DNA from: Octopus vulgaris | Lineage: Eukaryota | Length of the DNA stretch: 64,000 nt | Assembly (NCBI GenBank): GCA_951406725.2 | Contig: OX597815.1 | Location: 130,758,001-130,822,000, forward strand | Direction of reading: 5' to 3' | In this document: positions 1-13,300 of the stretch, piece by piece | Position numbering within the stretch: the first letter of the stretch is position 1 | Layout: each line of letters opens with the position of its first letter | The notes under the pieces: model-generated | The model's database searches: none | The model's input: the letters and a program-made list of their open reading frames with translations, nothing else | What the model was told of the DNA's origin: nothing | Position numbers and translations under genes: made by a program

Positions 1-772
1 TAGTAATTTTAACCAGGTACTTGATTTGTAATTGAAATGTCAATATTCATAAACAGATATTGAAATCTTTAGACCTGTCAGAGTTATAGTCCAAAGGAAT
101 TCTTCTATCTCTTTCTTTTAAGCAGTGTTTCCAAGGGACCTTGTAGTTCTTATCTACAATAATGCTCTGATCAATCTATCTGTCTATCTATCTATCCATC
201 TATCTTTAAACATACATACATACACAAAGCAAATGGCACCCATTTCTGGATATCAGTTGCTTTAGTAATGTCATCAATATTATCATTGTCATCATTTAAC
301 ATCCGCTTACCATGCTGGCATGGCTTGGATGGTTTGACTGGCGACTGGCAAGCCAGGAAGCCATACCAGGCTCTAATCTGATCTGACAATGTTCTTCCTA
401 ATGTCAACCACTCCAAGAGTGTAATGGGTGCTTTTTACATGCCACTGGCATGGGAGCCAGTCAGGTGGCACTGGCACCAGCCATGTTTGGATGGTGCTTT
501 TTATGTGCTACCAGCACAGGAGCCAGTCGGAGTGGGGGGCTGGCAGCGATGATGTTCAGATGGGAGCCAGTCAGGCGGCACTGGCAATGACCCATGCAGA
601 TTTTATTATAAAGAAAATGTGCTGTTAATTAGAGCAAAGAGAATTTGTGTTAATCTTTGCTAAATAAAAGAAAGTTTTTAGCATATCCAAAAAATGGGAT
701 CATTGCTTCCTAAACATACAATATTTTATTTTTCTGCATTTACAGTACCTGTATATTATTAGATTAATCAGA

Positions 773-969
773 AGCGGCAAGCTGGCAGAATCGTTAGCAT
801 GCCAGAATCGTTAAAATGCTTGAGCGGTATTTTGCCTGTCTTTATATTCTGAGTTCACATGCCGCCAGGATCGGGGTTGATAAATTAAGTACTAGTGAAA
901 CACTGGTGTCGATGTAGTTGACTGATCCCCTCCCCCAAAATTTCAGGACTTGTGCCTGTAGTAGAAAGG
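773..969 (+). mobile_element. SINE family B with 15-bp TSD
   Basis: Homologous to the 53978 monomer. ATTAGATTAATCAGA (758-772) / ATTAGATCAATCAGA (970-984). Confidence 0.85.
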
Positions 970-1317
970 ATTAGATCAATCAGATTTTTGTTCTCTACTT
1001 AAATTATGCTTTTATTTAATATTTCTTTCATTTCTACAACATTTGAAATACTAATGATAATACTGATGCCTATATAGAGTTTTTATGAGTTTTGTACTGT
1101 GCTTTGGTTATTTAATGAGTGATCAGGTAAGTGATCACTCATTAAATAACCAGTTAACTGCAAACCCTCCTCCAGTTCCATTGGTGCCAGATTGGGGTTT
1201 ACTGCACAACCAGAAATTTCATGGAGAGTAATGGGATGGAGTTAGTATCAGCCTAAGAGAAATGAAACATCCCTAACTCATATAAACTTATTAGACTTGG
1301 CTTACTGGTAAATTATG

Positions 1318-1950
1318 TTTGGGCCTGACAGAGGCAAGTGGCTGAGTTCCCCTCTAGTGTTGGGCCTGACGGAGGCAAAGTGGATGAGTTCCCTTTGAAC
1401 ATTGGGCCTGACAGAGACAAAGTGGATGAGTACCTCCATCAGGCCCAACGTTCAAAGGGAAAAGTGGTGGAGTTCCTTTCGAGCTTTGGGCCTGATGGAG
1501 GCAAAGTGGCTGAGTTCCTTTCGAACATTGGGCCTCATGGAGGCAAAGTGGCTGAGTTCCTTTCAAGCGTTGGGCCTGACAGAAGCAAAGTGGCTGAGTT
1601 CCTTTCAAGTGTTGGGCCTGATGGAGGCGAAGTGGCTGAGTTCCTTTTGAGTGCTGGGCCTCATGGCATTATGTTGTGCTTGGGAAGAAGATCCACCAAG
1701 CCAAGCAAAATCGCAGTGGTGGCAGATACCCATGGCACGTAAACGCACCCTGATGTTATGCAAATGGCACCCGTGCTGGTGGCATGTAAAAGCACTCATT
1801 ACACTCTCAGAGTGGTTGGCATTAGAAAGGGCATCCAGCCATAGAAAAACATGCCAAATCAGACTGGAGTCTGGTTCAGCCTTCCAGCATGCCAGCCCAG
1901 TCAAACTGTCAAACCCATGCCAGCATGAACGGATGTAAAATGATGATGAT
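1318..1950 (+). mobile_element. RTE-tail element preceded by 42-bp minisatellite (about 8 units)
   Basis: Unit GTTGGGCCTGATGGAGGCAAAGTGGCTGAGTTCCTTTCAAGC with 41-42 bp period; 1760-1950 is the shared RTE 3' tail. Confidence 0.88.
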
Positions 1951-3058
1951 AACTTGCTCCATTTTATAGGCTCACAACTTGGATCTACTTAACAATACCC
2001 AGTGGAATATTTTGATAGATATGTATGAAGTATTTTTAAATAAGCCAAGCAACTAGACAAATGTTTATGTTACTCTCACTTCAAGATGATGAAACACACT
2101 ACACTGTAACTGATTGACAGTTAATTTAGCATGCATTTTTATTTCTGCATAATATAACAACTGAGCATACAGTATAGTATTATTACACTTTAATTTACAT
2201 CTCTTATGATAATAGGCCGCTCAGGAATACCAGGACTCATATTTTCTCCTGTCAAAGTTTTAGATTTCATGCTTAAAGAGGTCTACAGAAAACCAGTCGA
2301 GTGACTTTTAAGTGGCCCTTAGTTCATCAGTAGGTTAGTTGTTAGGGTGTTGCACTCATGATTGCAAGATTGTGATTTCAATTCCCAGATTGGCTGGTGC
2401 ATTGTGATCCTGAGCAAATTGCTTCATTTCACATTGTTTCAGTTCATTCAGTTACAAATGAATAGCCCTTTGAGGGACTGGTGTCCATTCAAAGGGAATG
2501 TTGAGTTATCAGTCACTTATACACCATGGAAATTGAGCATCTGGCCCTGTAAGTTCTAGAGCTTGAAGCCATAAAGTCCAAAATCCAAGAGCTGATGAGG
2601 ATGATAACAAGAGATTTGAACTGGAAGCTGGAAGTGATTTGAACTGGAAGCCATAATAGGGTCTCTGATTTAGGCACATGGCTAACAGTTTTGAGGAGAA
2701 GGGGGTTACTCAATACCATTGGTTATCTCAATATTTGACTCATACTCTATTTTATCAACTCTGAAGGGATGAAGAGCAAAGTTAACCTTAGCAGAATGTT
2801 CTAATGATTCTGTCAACTTACTTAAGCCATAATATGAGATACATGAATAATCTATATTAAACTAAATCCTCATGATAATATCAAAATGGATTCTAACTTA
2901 TATGTTTAAGAAGGGTTGCGCCTATGCTTGTTTTTCTTATTTTTTCCTTTTCTTTTTGAGATCTCTGAGGAACAAAAGAATTACATGGAGAAAGTACAAA
3001 AATCAGTTACAAATGCAAAAAAAAAAATAATAAAAAGTAAATTAAAAGTTAAATTTAC

Positions 3059-3187
3059 CATAAGCAGTTCCTGGACCATAGTCGTTCCCAGAGTCGATCA
3101 TTACTTGACCCAACTGTTCAGCATTTGTATACCTGTCTCTCTTTTTTTTATCAACTTTCTCATACAAAAAGTCTTCCATACGGATAT
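3059..3187 (-). CDS. SH3GLB1: Endophilin-B (N-BAR domain) internal coding exon, phase 1-1 (probable exon 3)
   Basis: Translates (N)IRMEDFLYEKVDKKKRDRYTNAEQLGQVMIDSGNDYGPGTAY(G), matching endophilin B1 NARIEEFVYEKLD...LGQYMIDAGTEFGPGTAYG. Pyrimidine-rich acceptor ending CTCTCCAG and G|GTAAAT donor; 129 nt. Joins in frame to the exon at 15129-15270. An invertebrate gene is probably co-orthologous to SH3GLB1/2. Confidence 0.95.
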
Positions 3188-3264
3188 CTGGAGAGAAAAA
3201 AGAAGTAAAATTGTTTAGTTTTCTAACAAAAATGTATATATATAACACATCTAAATAACTGGCA

Positions 3265-3558
3265 TGATGACAAGTGTTCTAGTTGATCTGATCAATGAAA
3301 CAGTCTGCTCATGAGATTAACATTCAAGTGACCAAGCACTCCACAGACGTGTGTAACCTTAATAGTTCTCAAAGAGATTCAGTGGGACACAGAATGTGAC
3401 AAGCCTGACACTTTGAAGTACAGGTACTATTTATTTTTGCCAGCTGAGTGGACTGGAGCAACATGAAATAAAGTGTCTTGCTCAAGGACACAAAGTGTTG
3501 CAAGGAATTGAACTCATGACTGTGATTGTGAGCTAAATGATCTAACTATGAAGTCACA
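3265..3558 (-). mobile_element. tRNA-derived SINE family D, immediately upstream of the 129-nt exon
   Basis: Minus strand GAGTTCAATTCC B box then GTGTCCTTGAGCAAGACACTTTATTTCA..CTCCAGTCCACTCAGCTG central domain. Related decayed plus-strand copy at about 2330-2550. Confidence 0.75.
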
Positions 3559-3604
3559 AACTAGGTAAATGAGATTCTTTATTTAAACACACTTTTTTTT
3601 AAAA

Positions 3605-3821
3605 CCCTTTTGTTACTGTATTTATTTTGAGATGCTCTGTGTTTCTTTCAATTACTTTAAATATAACAAAGCATTTAGTAAAGTAACTTAGTTATTCAGT
3701 TAGTGTTAGGAACATAAATTGTGACTAATGTTTGGTGGAAGATTTTAATTCAAAACTTTTGAAAATAAGACGTCAGTACTCAGAGTCAGAGCCAGTTTCA
3801 GCCAGTTTGGAAACGAAAGGG
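3605..3821 (+). mobile_element. piggyBac-type MITE family 1
   Basis: CCCTTT...AAAGGG|TTAA termini; homologous to 15902-16124 and 61229-61421. Confidence 0.8.
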
Positions 3822-6800
3822 TTAATGATATCTTTTAATGAGCTTTAAAACCATTTCAAAATGTTCTCTTTCATGCCTTTAAGTCAGATCATAAATTTTT
3901 GAAATTTACATGCGTTATCTCTTAGATATTCAACTCAAAATATTTCCTGCATATCTGATATATAATTTATGGAAATTAACATGAAGCTGTGATTTTAACA
4001 AAGTTATCTAGTAGAAACTTTGCAAGATTTCATCAAATATCTCCAGTATTCTAAAAGGCATTCTTTTAACATAAATATCTATAAAGTTATTAGCTGGTTG
4101 TTGACCTGGATTAAAACAGAGGTCTAAAATAACAGCTTCAGAATGTAAACCATACACATAGTATTATGAAAGAAGTTTTTAGCTTAATTTAATATAATTT
4201 GATTTTAATGTGCATTGTTAAAGGAAGTGTACATACAAGCTTGTTGAATATATCAAACAGCCAACAATGATTAATTGATGTATTAATACACAACTATAGA
4301 AACTGGAAGTAATTAATAGGCAATTCTTAATTAATATAATAACAGGGTTAATTTTACTGAAAAATATAACAGGAATTTCCAGTATTATTAATGCATCAAT
4401 TCTGTCATTTCAAATCTTTGTTAGGGTATGTATCCATCAACATAATCCCAATGCAGTGAATACTATTCTATACAAACGATAAATCTTACAGAACAGGAAT
4501 CAAAAGAATCTAAACAGAAAACTATCTGGCTTCAGATAGGAAGTATTTATAGTAATATTTCATAAATAAATTATGTGAAATGTCATCATAGAATGAAATA
4601 TTTTCTCAGTTTCTAAACAACTTGCTATCAAATTTATAAGTTCAGTCTGACATGGGTTGGACGGTTTGACTGAGAGCCTACAAGCCAGAAGGCTGCACCA
4701 GGCTCCAATTTGATAAGGTTTCTACAGCTGGATGCCCTTCCTAATGCCAACCACTCTGAGAGTGTAGTGGGCGCTTTTTACGTGCCACCAGTCAGGTGGT
4801 ACTGGCATCGACCACGTTTAAATGGTGCTTTTTATGTGCCACTGGCACGGGAGCCAGTCAAACAGCACTATCAATGAAATTATTAGCTCATAATTCAGAA
4901 TTTTAATTGCCCATTATAATTCCACTTCAATAACTGAAATTAAAGAAATTTTAGTTATCTAGAAGTTCTGTAGAGGTTTTTTTTAACAAGCCAAATGATA
5001 AACGAGCTTGCATTTTTATTTTGATTATTGCTTTTGCTGTAATTTAAGCCATTAACACCAATAGTCCAGTTCCTGTGGTAATGTACAACTCTCCAGCTGT
5101 TGCTAAGTAAACTCTCACTTTTAATTAGATCTCTTATGTATTTCATGCATTCCCCTTAACAAAGCCCTTCTAGCAATATCAGATGCAGGTATAACAGAGC
5201 AAAGTTTAGGATCTTCCTTTATCATGGAACGCTTGGATCTTTTGTTAGAGATCTTTGTCCCTAATGATCTCTAACCAACAGACGTCATCGCCCTCATTTA
5301 ACACTGGTTTTCCATGCTGGCAAGGTTTGGATGGTTTGACAGGATCCGGTATGCTGCAATGTTGTACTGATTGCCAGCATCAACTTTGGCATGGCTTCTA
5401 CAGCTAAGTACCTTGCCTAACACCAACTATGTCAGAGTGAGCACCTAATGTTTTCTTCATGCTACTGATACTAGTGAAGCTGCCAAGCTATTTGCAAGGC
5501 AGAAAAGAACAGGGAAAAAAGAAGAGGAAAAATATTATTTGCATCTCTTCCATGACTGTACTATATAGCAATGATATGATATACTCATGTTAATAAATTA
5601 GTAACTTAGAGATCTAGATATTCATAAAGTTGAAAAAATATATTGGCTTCAAATTTTAGCACAAGGCTAGCAATCGTGGGGAAGGGTGCAAGTTGGTTAC
5701 ATCAACCCCAAAAGGATGCAAAGCAAAGTTGACCCAGGTGGAATTTGAACTCAGAGCATCAAGTCAGAAGAAAAGCTGCTAACCTTTCAGATAGAATTTT
5801 TCAGTTTGATGAGAACAGCAGTTTTTATTGTGTTTGTTTTATTTTTACTTAAGTCCAGAACCAGACTGATAAAATAAGATAAGTCTTCTGCTTGTCAATT
5901 ATTTGCATATTCTAGATTATAAACTTAACTACATTGGATTCAATTACTTTTTATTTTTGTCGATGAAGGTCTTTGTCATACCAGTATCCTCTGCAGACAA
6001 AAATGCTCATAGTAAACACCTTTCTTTAACACCCATCATGATATCAGCAGTTTTCTAGTCACAATTCTCCAGGACCACCTATTTATGCATTTTTTTTGTT
6101 TTGTTTTTTAGTAACTTGATTATTTTATAGGAATTTCATGTCTCAACTTACAGAGAATGTTCCTGACAAATCTAAACACTGGTTGGTTATTTCAGTCTCT
6201 GCAAGAAAATTTTATTGAAATCATGCTGAGTAAAGGAAAGTTTAATTTCTCCCATTATAACCCATGTTAAGCTCATTTCTTGAAAACTGTGTAACTGTTA
6301 TAACTACTGTTATTATGTATTTGACAACAGATTAAATGGGTTGTTTGTTATTCATATATCATGATAATTCTGCTACACTATGCATGGTGCTTCCAGATTA
6401 GAGAGAAGCACAGTGTGTACAACAGTGTGATGAGTAAGGCTGCTGAATAATGTAAACATCTCTGACATTAAGGATGGTGTGTCAAACAAAAAAAAAAAGA
6501 TAAAATTAGACTTATATAACACATCAGAGTTTTACTTTCTTAAAGATGAAATCCATCTCTAAATTATTTTATTAAACTGATGAAAAGAAGCATCAGTTGA
6601 ATAATAACAATAATAGAAGAATAGTTAACCAGCAGCATTTACATATTTCGCAAAACTGAACAGGCTTAGATTAAGTATGTTGGCTTCTTTGCAAAAGACT
6701 CAAACAGCTGCCTCTTAGTAGCAGGAACAGAAAGAGATTACCTAATAACAGCAACACTAAAGGGTACAAAAACATGACTAAACCTATTTATGTAACCACA

Positions 6801-7617
6801 TGTTGCAATTCAGAGATGGAGATTTATGGATGAGTCATATGAACAATCTCTTGAAACTTTTTAAAAAAGCAAAGAAATGAATTATAGAACAAGCATCACA
6901 GTTACACAAGGAAGTAATACATGGTGGAAAATAATGAGGTTGTTTCTGCATTCGTTTTTTTTTGTTTTTTGTTGCTTTTTTTAGAGCCCCTACAATTGTG
7001 AAAATGTGAAACTGTAATGAAGTTGTTTTATTTTTTTTCCTCATATTTATTTCAAACTTTATTATCATTTCTATTTTGCTACCCTGCACTATCATACATC
7101 TTCTATTCCCCCAACTCACTCCTGGCACCCCTGCCCCACTTATTCCTTGAAGGTCCACTCTGACACCTCTTCACCCCTTTTCTCATCACTTTCCAGCTTC
7201 ACCCCACCCTCTCTTCTAAAATATGAGTAGTCATGTAGCTCCTTTACTGCAAGAAACCTCTTCTACTCCGGCTCTTTCGCTCATACTATATACCCTTTAC
7301 TTATTCTCCTAACATAAACTTACCCCTTTCGGTCAGGGTTCATGGTGACCTCAATAGTGCTGGTGGCACAAAAAAGACTACTCAATGTGTGTTGTAAAGT
7401 GGTTTGCATTAGGGAGGGCATCCAGCCATAGAAACCATACTAAACAGATACTGGAACACAATGCAGGCCTTGAGCCCATTGGATCCTGTCAAACTGTCTA
7501 GCCCATGCCAACATAGAACATGGACATTAAATGTTGATAATTCATTGGGCTAAATTTTCTTGCTAAACTTTCAACATTTAAATTGTTTCAATGTTTAGCT
7601 GTTATATATCAAGAAAA

Positions 7618-7972
7618 CAGAGTGCAGTCTTTCAATAGGAAGGGGTAAGATGCTTGCTTCTCAACCACATAGTTCCAGGTTCAGTCCCACTGTGTGGCAC
7701 TTTAGGCAAGTGTCTTCTACTATAGCCTTGGACTGACCAAAGCCTTGATAGTGGATTTGGTAGACAAACTCTGAAAGAAACCCGTCGTGTGTGTGTATGG
7801 AATGTATATGTATGTATGTGTGTGTGTGTGCGCGTGTATGTTGTTTGTCTCCCCCACCATTGCTTGACAACTGATGTTGGTGTATTTTCATTCCTGTAAC
7901 CCAGCAGTATGGCAAAAGGGACTGATAGAATAAGTACTAGGTTTACAAAGAATAAGTCCTGGGGTCAATCTG
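7618..7972 (+). mobile_element. SINE family A, partial
   Basis: Aligns to 25140-25495. Confidence 0.85.
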
Positions 7973-9150
7973 TCTTGTTCTTTCTCCTCATTATGTCTGA
8001 GAATCTGGTTGTGTTGTTTTCACATCCACAAAACTTTAAAAAACATGAGGAGTTAAGTCAACCAGTTATATATATACATACATACATACATACACACACA
8101 CTTTATTTCTGGATTCTGCAGTAACCTTTTCTTCTGAGAAGACTGGAAACATCCCAAGAAGCCAATAAACCATTTCACAATTTAAGCATAACTTCAAGAC
8201 CTTTGGCGATATGCCATGCTTGAGATGACCTATCAAGCCAAGTGAAATTATAGTCAAGGCCGATGACAGTGTCAAGTAATTGGCACTTGGTCTGGTGGCA
8301 TGTAAAAAGTACCTTTTGAGTGTTGGGCCTCATGGAGACATTGTTGCTGATGCTGGTGTCTCATAACTAGCACCTGTGCCAATGGCACATAAAAAGCACC
8401 TTTCAAGCATTGGGCCTCACAGAGGCAATGACAAATGATCGAGACGTTTGGCAATATGCTGCACTCGAGCAGAAAGTCCATCAAGCCAAGTGAAATCATA
8501 GCTGTGGCAGATGCAGGTGTCATGCAAATGGCACCCGTGCCAGTGACATGTAAAAGCATCCATTACACTCTTGGGGTGTTGGCATTAGGAGGGGCAGCCA
8601 GCTGTAGAAACCATGCCAAATCAGACTGGAGTCTGGTGCAACCCCTCAGCTTACCAGCCCTGGTCAAACTGTCCAACCCATACCAGCATGGACAATGGAT
8701 GTTAAATGATAATGCTGCTGATGATGATTGCAGTGCTTATTTATTCTTAGGTGGTCTTAGTTGCTAATGGGACTGAATAGGTGGTAAAGTCCTCTTGCTT
8801 TGTTTTAATATTACTTGTGACTGTTTGTAGTGTTTGATCATTATGTTCTCTTCTATACAATAGTGGAACATTATGAAATTGGTTATGTAGGAAAACTAGA
8901 GAGTAGCTAGATATTAAGGATTTAAATTGAATCTCATATGTGAATTAGGCAAGCACATAACAGAGTTTCTAAGAATTATATAACCAAACAAATCTGCTAA
9001 CACTACTAGTGTCATTAGAAAATCCTTATAATTTACATGATACTCCAATAACTGTTGATACTATATAGCTGAACAAATACTTATATCAATTTTTGTGAAT
9101 GCCTAAATTTGCATAACTACAAGTCTTTTTTTTTCTACTGTAATCATTTG

Positions 9151-9832
9151 CAGAGGCAGCTCATAAATAGGCACTGCAGAACTGCAGCATCCCCTATTTC
9201 CACTCGATATTATTGATAACATTCAATATAATAGGTCCTTTTTTTTTCTTTATACTTGTTCATTATATAATCCTCAAGCTTAATGTCAGCAGCTATCCCC
9301 TAGTTTATGAAAAAAATACAAAAATCTTTGTATAGAATTGTGCACTTCACAGTTCCAGTGGTGCGGTGTTTAGCTGTTGTGTGCAGGCTCACATGTCCAA
9401 GATAGAAAGCTTCATGCTAGGGAGAAACAGCACTTTCATTCACGTAGTGCCAGTGAAAGGTAGTGTTTCTTTTTGACTCCGTGTGTGTTGTGATTAAAAA
9501 CTTGTATATATTCTTGAATGTGATAAAGTGTAGAATTAGACTGTTATCCTGCTTCCAGCTACAGTGTTGTTGCCAGGATTTGAAAAATAGGGCAGATTTC
9601 CCCCACTTATTTTGTGATTTAGGGGGGATTTTTGAAAAACAAGAGAGAATTTGTGGCAGTGTTCAGTGAACAAATTAAACACACTACCCAGCAGTGGCTA
9701 AAACATGAACCGATCAAGTTTATGTATAAACATTCTTTTTATATGTTTGTTTCCTTTTGCACAATATTAAAACAATGGCTAAAAATTTTCTGAAGCAACA
9801 CCCCAACTAATTTTATCTACGAGCCGCCACTG
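9151..9832. mobile_element. Non-autonomous hAT DNA transposon
   Basis: Imperfect TIRs CAGAGGCAGCTCATAAATA / TATCTACGAGCCGCCACTG and a perfect 8-bp TSD ATCATTTG (9143-9150, 9833-9840). Confidence 0.85.
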
Positions 9833-10419
9833 ATCATTTGAAAGATAAAGAGAGCAAGTGTATGCATCATACTCAGCAAAATGTTCATCTACAATGTAGC
9901 TATACAAAACCTTTGTTTCGTTTACCATACATAACATTTAAAACAATAACATGTTGAGGTACAACAAACCCTCACTAGCAAATATTCAGACAAATAAATA
10001 AAGAGGAAATTGTGATACTCAGTCAATAAAAATATTTTAGTTCCATTACAAATTGTGTTATCAATTCTGAATGATTTAATTTGTAACTGAGATTTGTTAT
10101 AGGGTTAAGCGACCGGATGCCTTAGATTTGTTAAAACTGAACAACTATCAATATCATTTAGGCATTTCACTAAAAGTACTTAGGCCAACGATTTATGTAA
10201 ATGTCAGAACTACTATGTTGGCATCATTTGAAAGGTAAGAAAGCAAGAGTGTGTTTGGATTTATCTAGAGACCAGTGAGGATTGGTTCAGGAAACTCACT
10301 GGAATCCTTATGTGAAAGGGACATTCAGTCATCCTGTGCTATTAATCATCAGCTTTTAGTGTTTCTTTTTAATTCCTTTCTTTCTATTTCCATTAAATCT
10401 ATATTTGTTCATCTTCTAG

Positions 10420-11700
10420 ATATGTGTCACTCCAGAGTGGTGGAAAATTGCCAGCATCATTCCCCTGTTCGAAAAGCGTGAATGCACATCACTTGTCAAC
10501 TATTGCCCAGTCAGTCTTATTAGCTGCACCACCAAACTGATGGAGTCCTGCATCAGAGAAACACTCTGGAACTTCAGGTAGGAACTTTCACAGCTTTATT
10601 CAACCCTCACAATTCGGATTTATCCCTAACTCCACCTGCTGTAGCCAACTCATTGAGTTTCTTGAGGACATCATCTGAATTACTGATAGCAGCTCATGGG
10701 TGTTATCTATTTTGACTTTGCTAAAGCCTTCAGTACTGTGTCACACAAACGACTCATGGCAAAACTATCTGCAATGGGTGTGAAAAATGATCTCTATAGC
10801 TGGTTGAAATCCTTCATTCTCAATCGAAAAGAGATAGTCACAGTTCTAGGACACCATTCTTCACCCTATGAGATGATATCTGGTATAACACAGGGATCCG
10901 TTCTTGGACCTCTGTTATTTGTTGCATACATTAATGACACAGATGCCAACTTAAAGAATGTTAGTGTTGAAATACACAGATACCATCAAGTTGTACCTTT
11001 AGATAAAAAGAACAGATCCTATATGCAATAGATCTTTCCTGCATTCGGACCTGGACACAATGCAGCAATGGATTACTGACTAGCAACTAAAGTTTACTGC
11101 AGTCAAGTGTGTCACCATACATTTTGAGAGGAAAAAACCCAGCTTTTACATATTCCCTCAACACCACCAATGTTAAGAAGTCTGTAAGGGAACATGACCT
11201 GGGTATTATTGTCAAGAAGGCTGAAGGTGTCTTAGCATCTCTCAGTAAGACCTTTGTCAACTAATCTCCATCTATTTAAAGCTGTATCTGACTCTGGTAC
11301 ATCCACACTTAGAATTTGTATTACCAGTCTGGAACCCCTAACTTCCTCAGCATATCAATATCCTGGAAACTGTTCAGAAATGTGTGCAACCAGACAAATA
11401 CCTGCTATCAGGCATCTACCATACTCTGAACATATTGCTACTCTGGGCATAGACACATTAAAGCTCTGACATCTGACAACAGACTTGGTAGACACCAACA
11501 ACATTATTCATCTTCTGTCAAACAACAACCTCAGGCACCTTTTTGAATTCCATGTCTAACACTCATGGACATGCTTACAATATCAAAAAACAATATAGCA
11601 CCTATGACTTTCAGAAACATTTTTTCATGCACAGAATTGCTGAAGCACAAAATAAACTACTCACATCAGATTTTAGCTGTCAAGACAATACACCTTTCAT
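10420..11700 (+). mobile_element. CR1/L2-group LINE RT remnant
   Basis: NYCPVSLISCTTKLMES, QFGF, VIYFDFAKAFSTVSHKRL, SGITQGSVLGPLLFVAYIND, EHDLGI and a CR1-type C-terminus; many stops and frameshifts. Confidence 0.85.
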
Positions 11701-12010
11701 ACTTTCTGAAATTAACTAATAGTACACCTGATGCCCCCTCCCTCACCATTTTCCTTTTTTTTTTTTGTTAAGACTTAATCACTGTTCATTTCCTGTGCAT
11801 ATTCTATGTTCTAGTCATGCAGTTTTGATTATCTTTTCTGATGAGTTATAGTGCACCTGAGCACTGTATACAATAAGTTCATTATATATTATATCCATAT
11901 AATTTTGAGGAATGGATTTAGTTGATAAAAATCAAACCCCTTCTACATGACTGGTACTTTATTGACTCTGGAGAGAACTATAAATTTGACCATGGCAAAA
12001 TCTGATGAAA

Positions 12011-13300
12011 TCTTACTGTAATTGGCCTTATGTCCATCCATCTGTCTATCTGTGACCTTTTTTTACAGCCAAACAACTGGTCACACTTGCACAAAACTTG
12101 GCAGTCTTACTAAGGAAGTCTCAAGAATGGTTCATATCATGTTTAAAAAATTTTATTGGAAAGACTTGCTATATTGCTTAACATAAATAAAAATAAATTA
12201 TATGGAAATCGGTCACAGTAACAAAACAGAAACTAAGACCTAAATGGCATTTATCAAAGTTCAAACAGTACTTTCAATTCTTCTTTCATTATTATCTCTA
12301 CAACGGTTCTTGTTGATAGGGTGTGTGACACACAAAGTGTGTGAGACACACAGAGAGAGACATAGACAGACAGAGAGAGACATAGACAGACAGAGAGAGA
12401 GAGAAAGACATACTGAGTGTGTGTGTGTGTGTGTACATGTGCATTTTCTTTTCAACACGTTGATGGGGTGTGTGAAACAAGAGAGAGACATACAGTGAAA
12501 AAGAGAGAGAAAAACAGACAGGCAGAAAGAGAGAAAAAAAGACAGTGTGTGTGTGAGCGCGCGCGTTTCTTTTAATCCCATCAACACACTTCCTCTAAAA
12601 CGATGTCAATCTGGTACAACACCCACAACAAAAAAATAAATAAATAAAAACTAATGTTAATGACTACATGATTAACAACTTCCCAGGACAAAGTCAACAA
12701 TATCTAAGTTTGGGCACTATAGTCAATGGAAATCATCACCAGTATCCACAAGATTTCCTTAACAACTTGAATCCATCAGGACTACCTATGCATAGGATCT
12801 CATTAAAAAAAGTCATATAATGCTCCTATGAAATTTTGACCTTGCCAATGGACATTACAACGGAACATGATACACTGTCATGCAACTCAATTCTCATGTC
12901 ATCGAGGCAGTGATTGGCCCTCACAGTGGTAAGCACCTGCTCATACCCCGGAACTACTGGTACCCTCCGACAACCAGTTTCCCTTCCAATTATGACACAG
13001 ACAGTTTCCTATCAAACTAGCCTTCTCATTCACAGCTGCCAAGTCTCAGAGCCAGACTTTAGATCGTGTTGGTGTGTTTCTGCCTACTCCAATGTTTACA
13101 CATTGCCAGTTGTATGTCACAATGAGCAGAGAAACAGACTCAGCTAATTTGAAAATTAGTGTTGATCAAAAATCAAAACCAACCATTATTTATATTTTGT
13201 TACATTTCCCATGCCATATTTCAGTATACATTCATACTTAAAGTTGTTATTATTTTCCACCCTCCTTTCATTTCCCACCATAGATGGGTAGGTTTGCTAG
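12011..13300 (+). mobile_element. Internally deleted Helitron with Pif1-helicase remnant
   Basis: A|TC 5' start with a TCTG/TCCA-like repeat. 12750-13135 gives DFLNNLNPSGLPMH..IMLL*N...NGT and RQFPIKLAFSFTAAKSQSQTLDRVGVFLPTPMFTHCQLYVTMSR. 3' CCCA-n7-TGGG hairpin then CTAG|T at 13300. The 5' end is less certain than the 3' end. Confidence 0.85.

Noticed and set aside
1338-1742. 134-aa ORF with 14-aa repeats, and a CRISPR-like appearance of the array
   Set aside because: Head-to-tail 42-bp units without unique spacers, part of a dispersed eukaryotic retroelement.
6427-6465. GTGATGA...CTGA box C/D snoRNA-like motif with short terminal stem
   Set aside because: Only 39 nt from box C to box D, and it lies on the strand opposite to the host gene.
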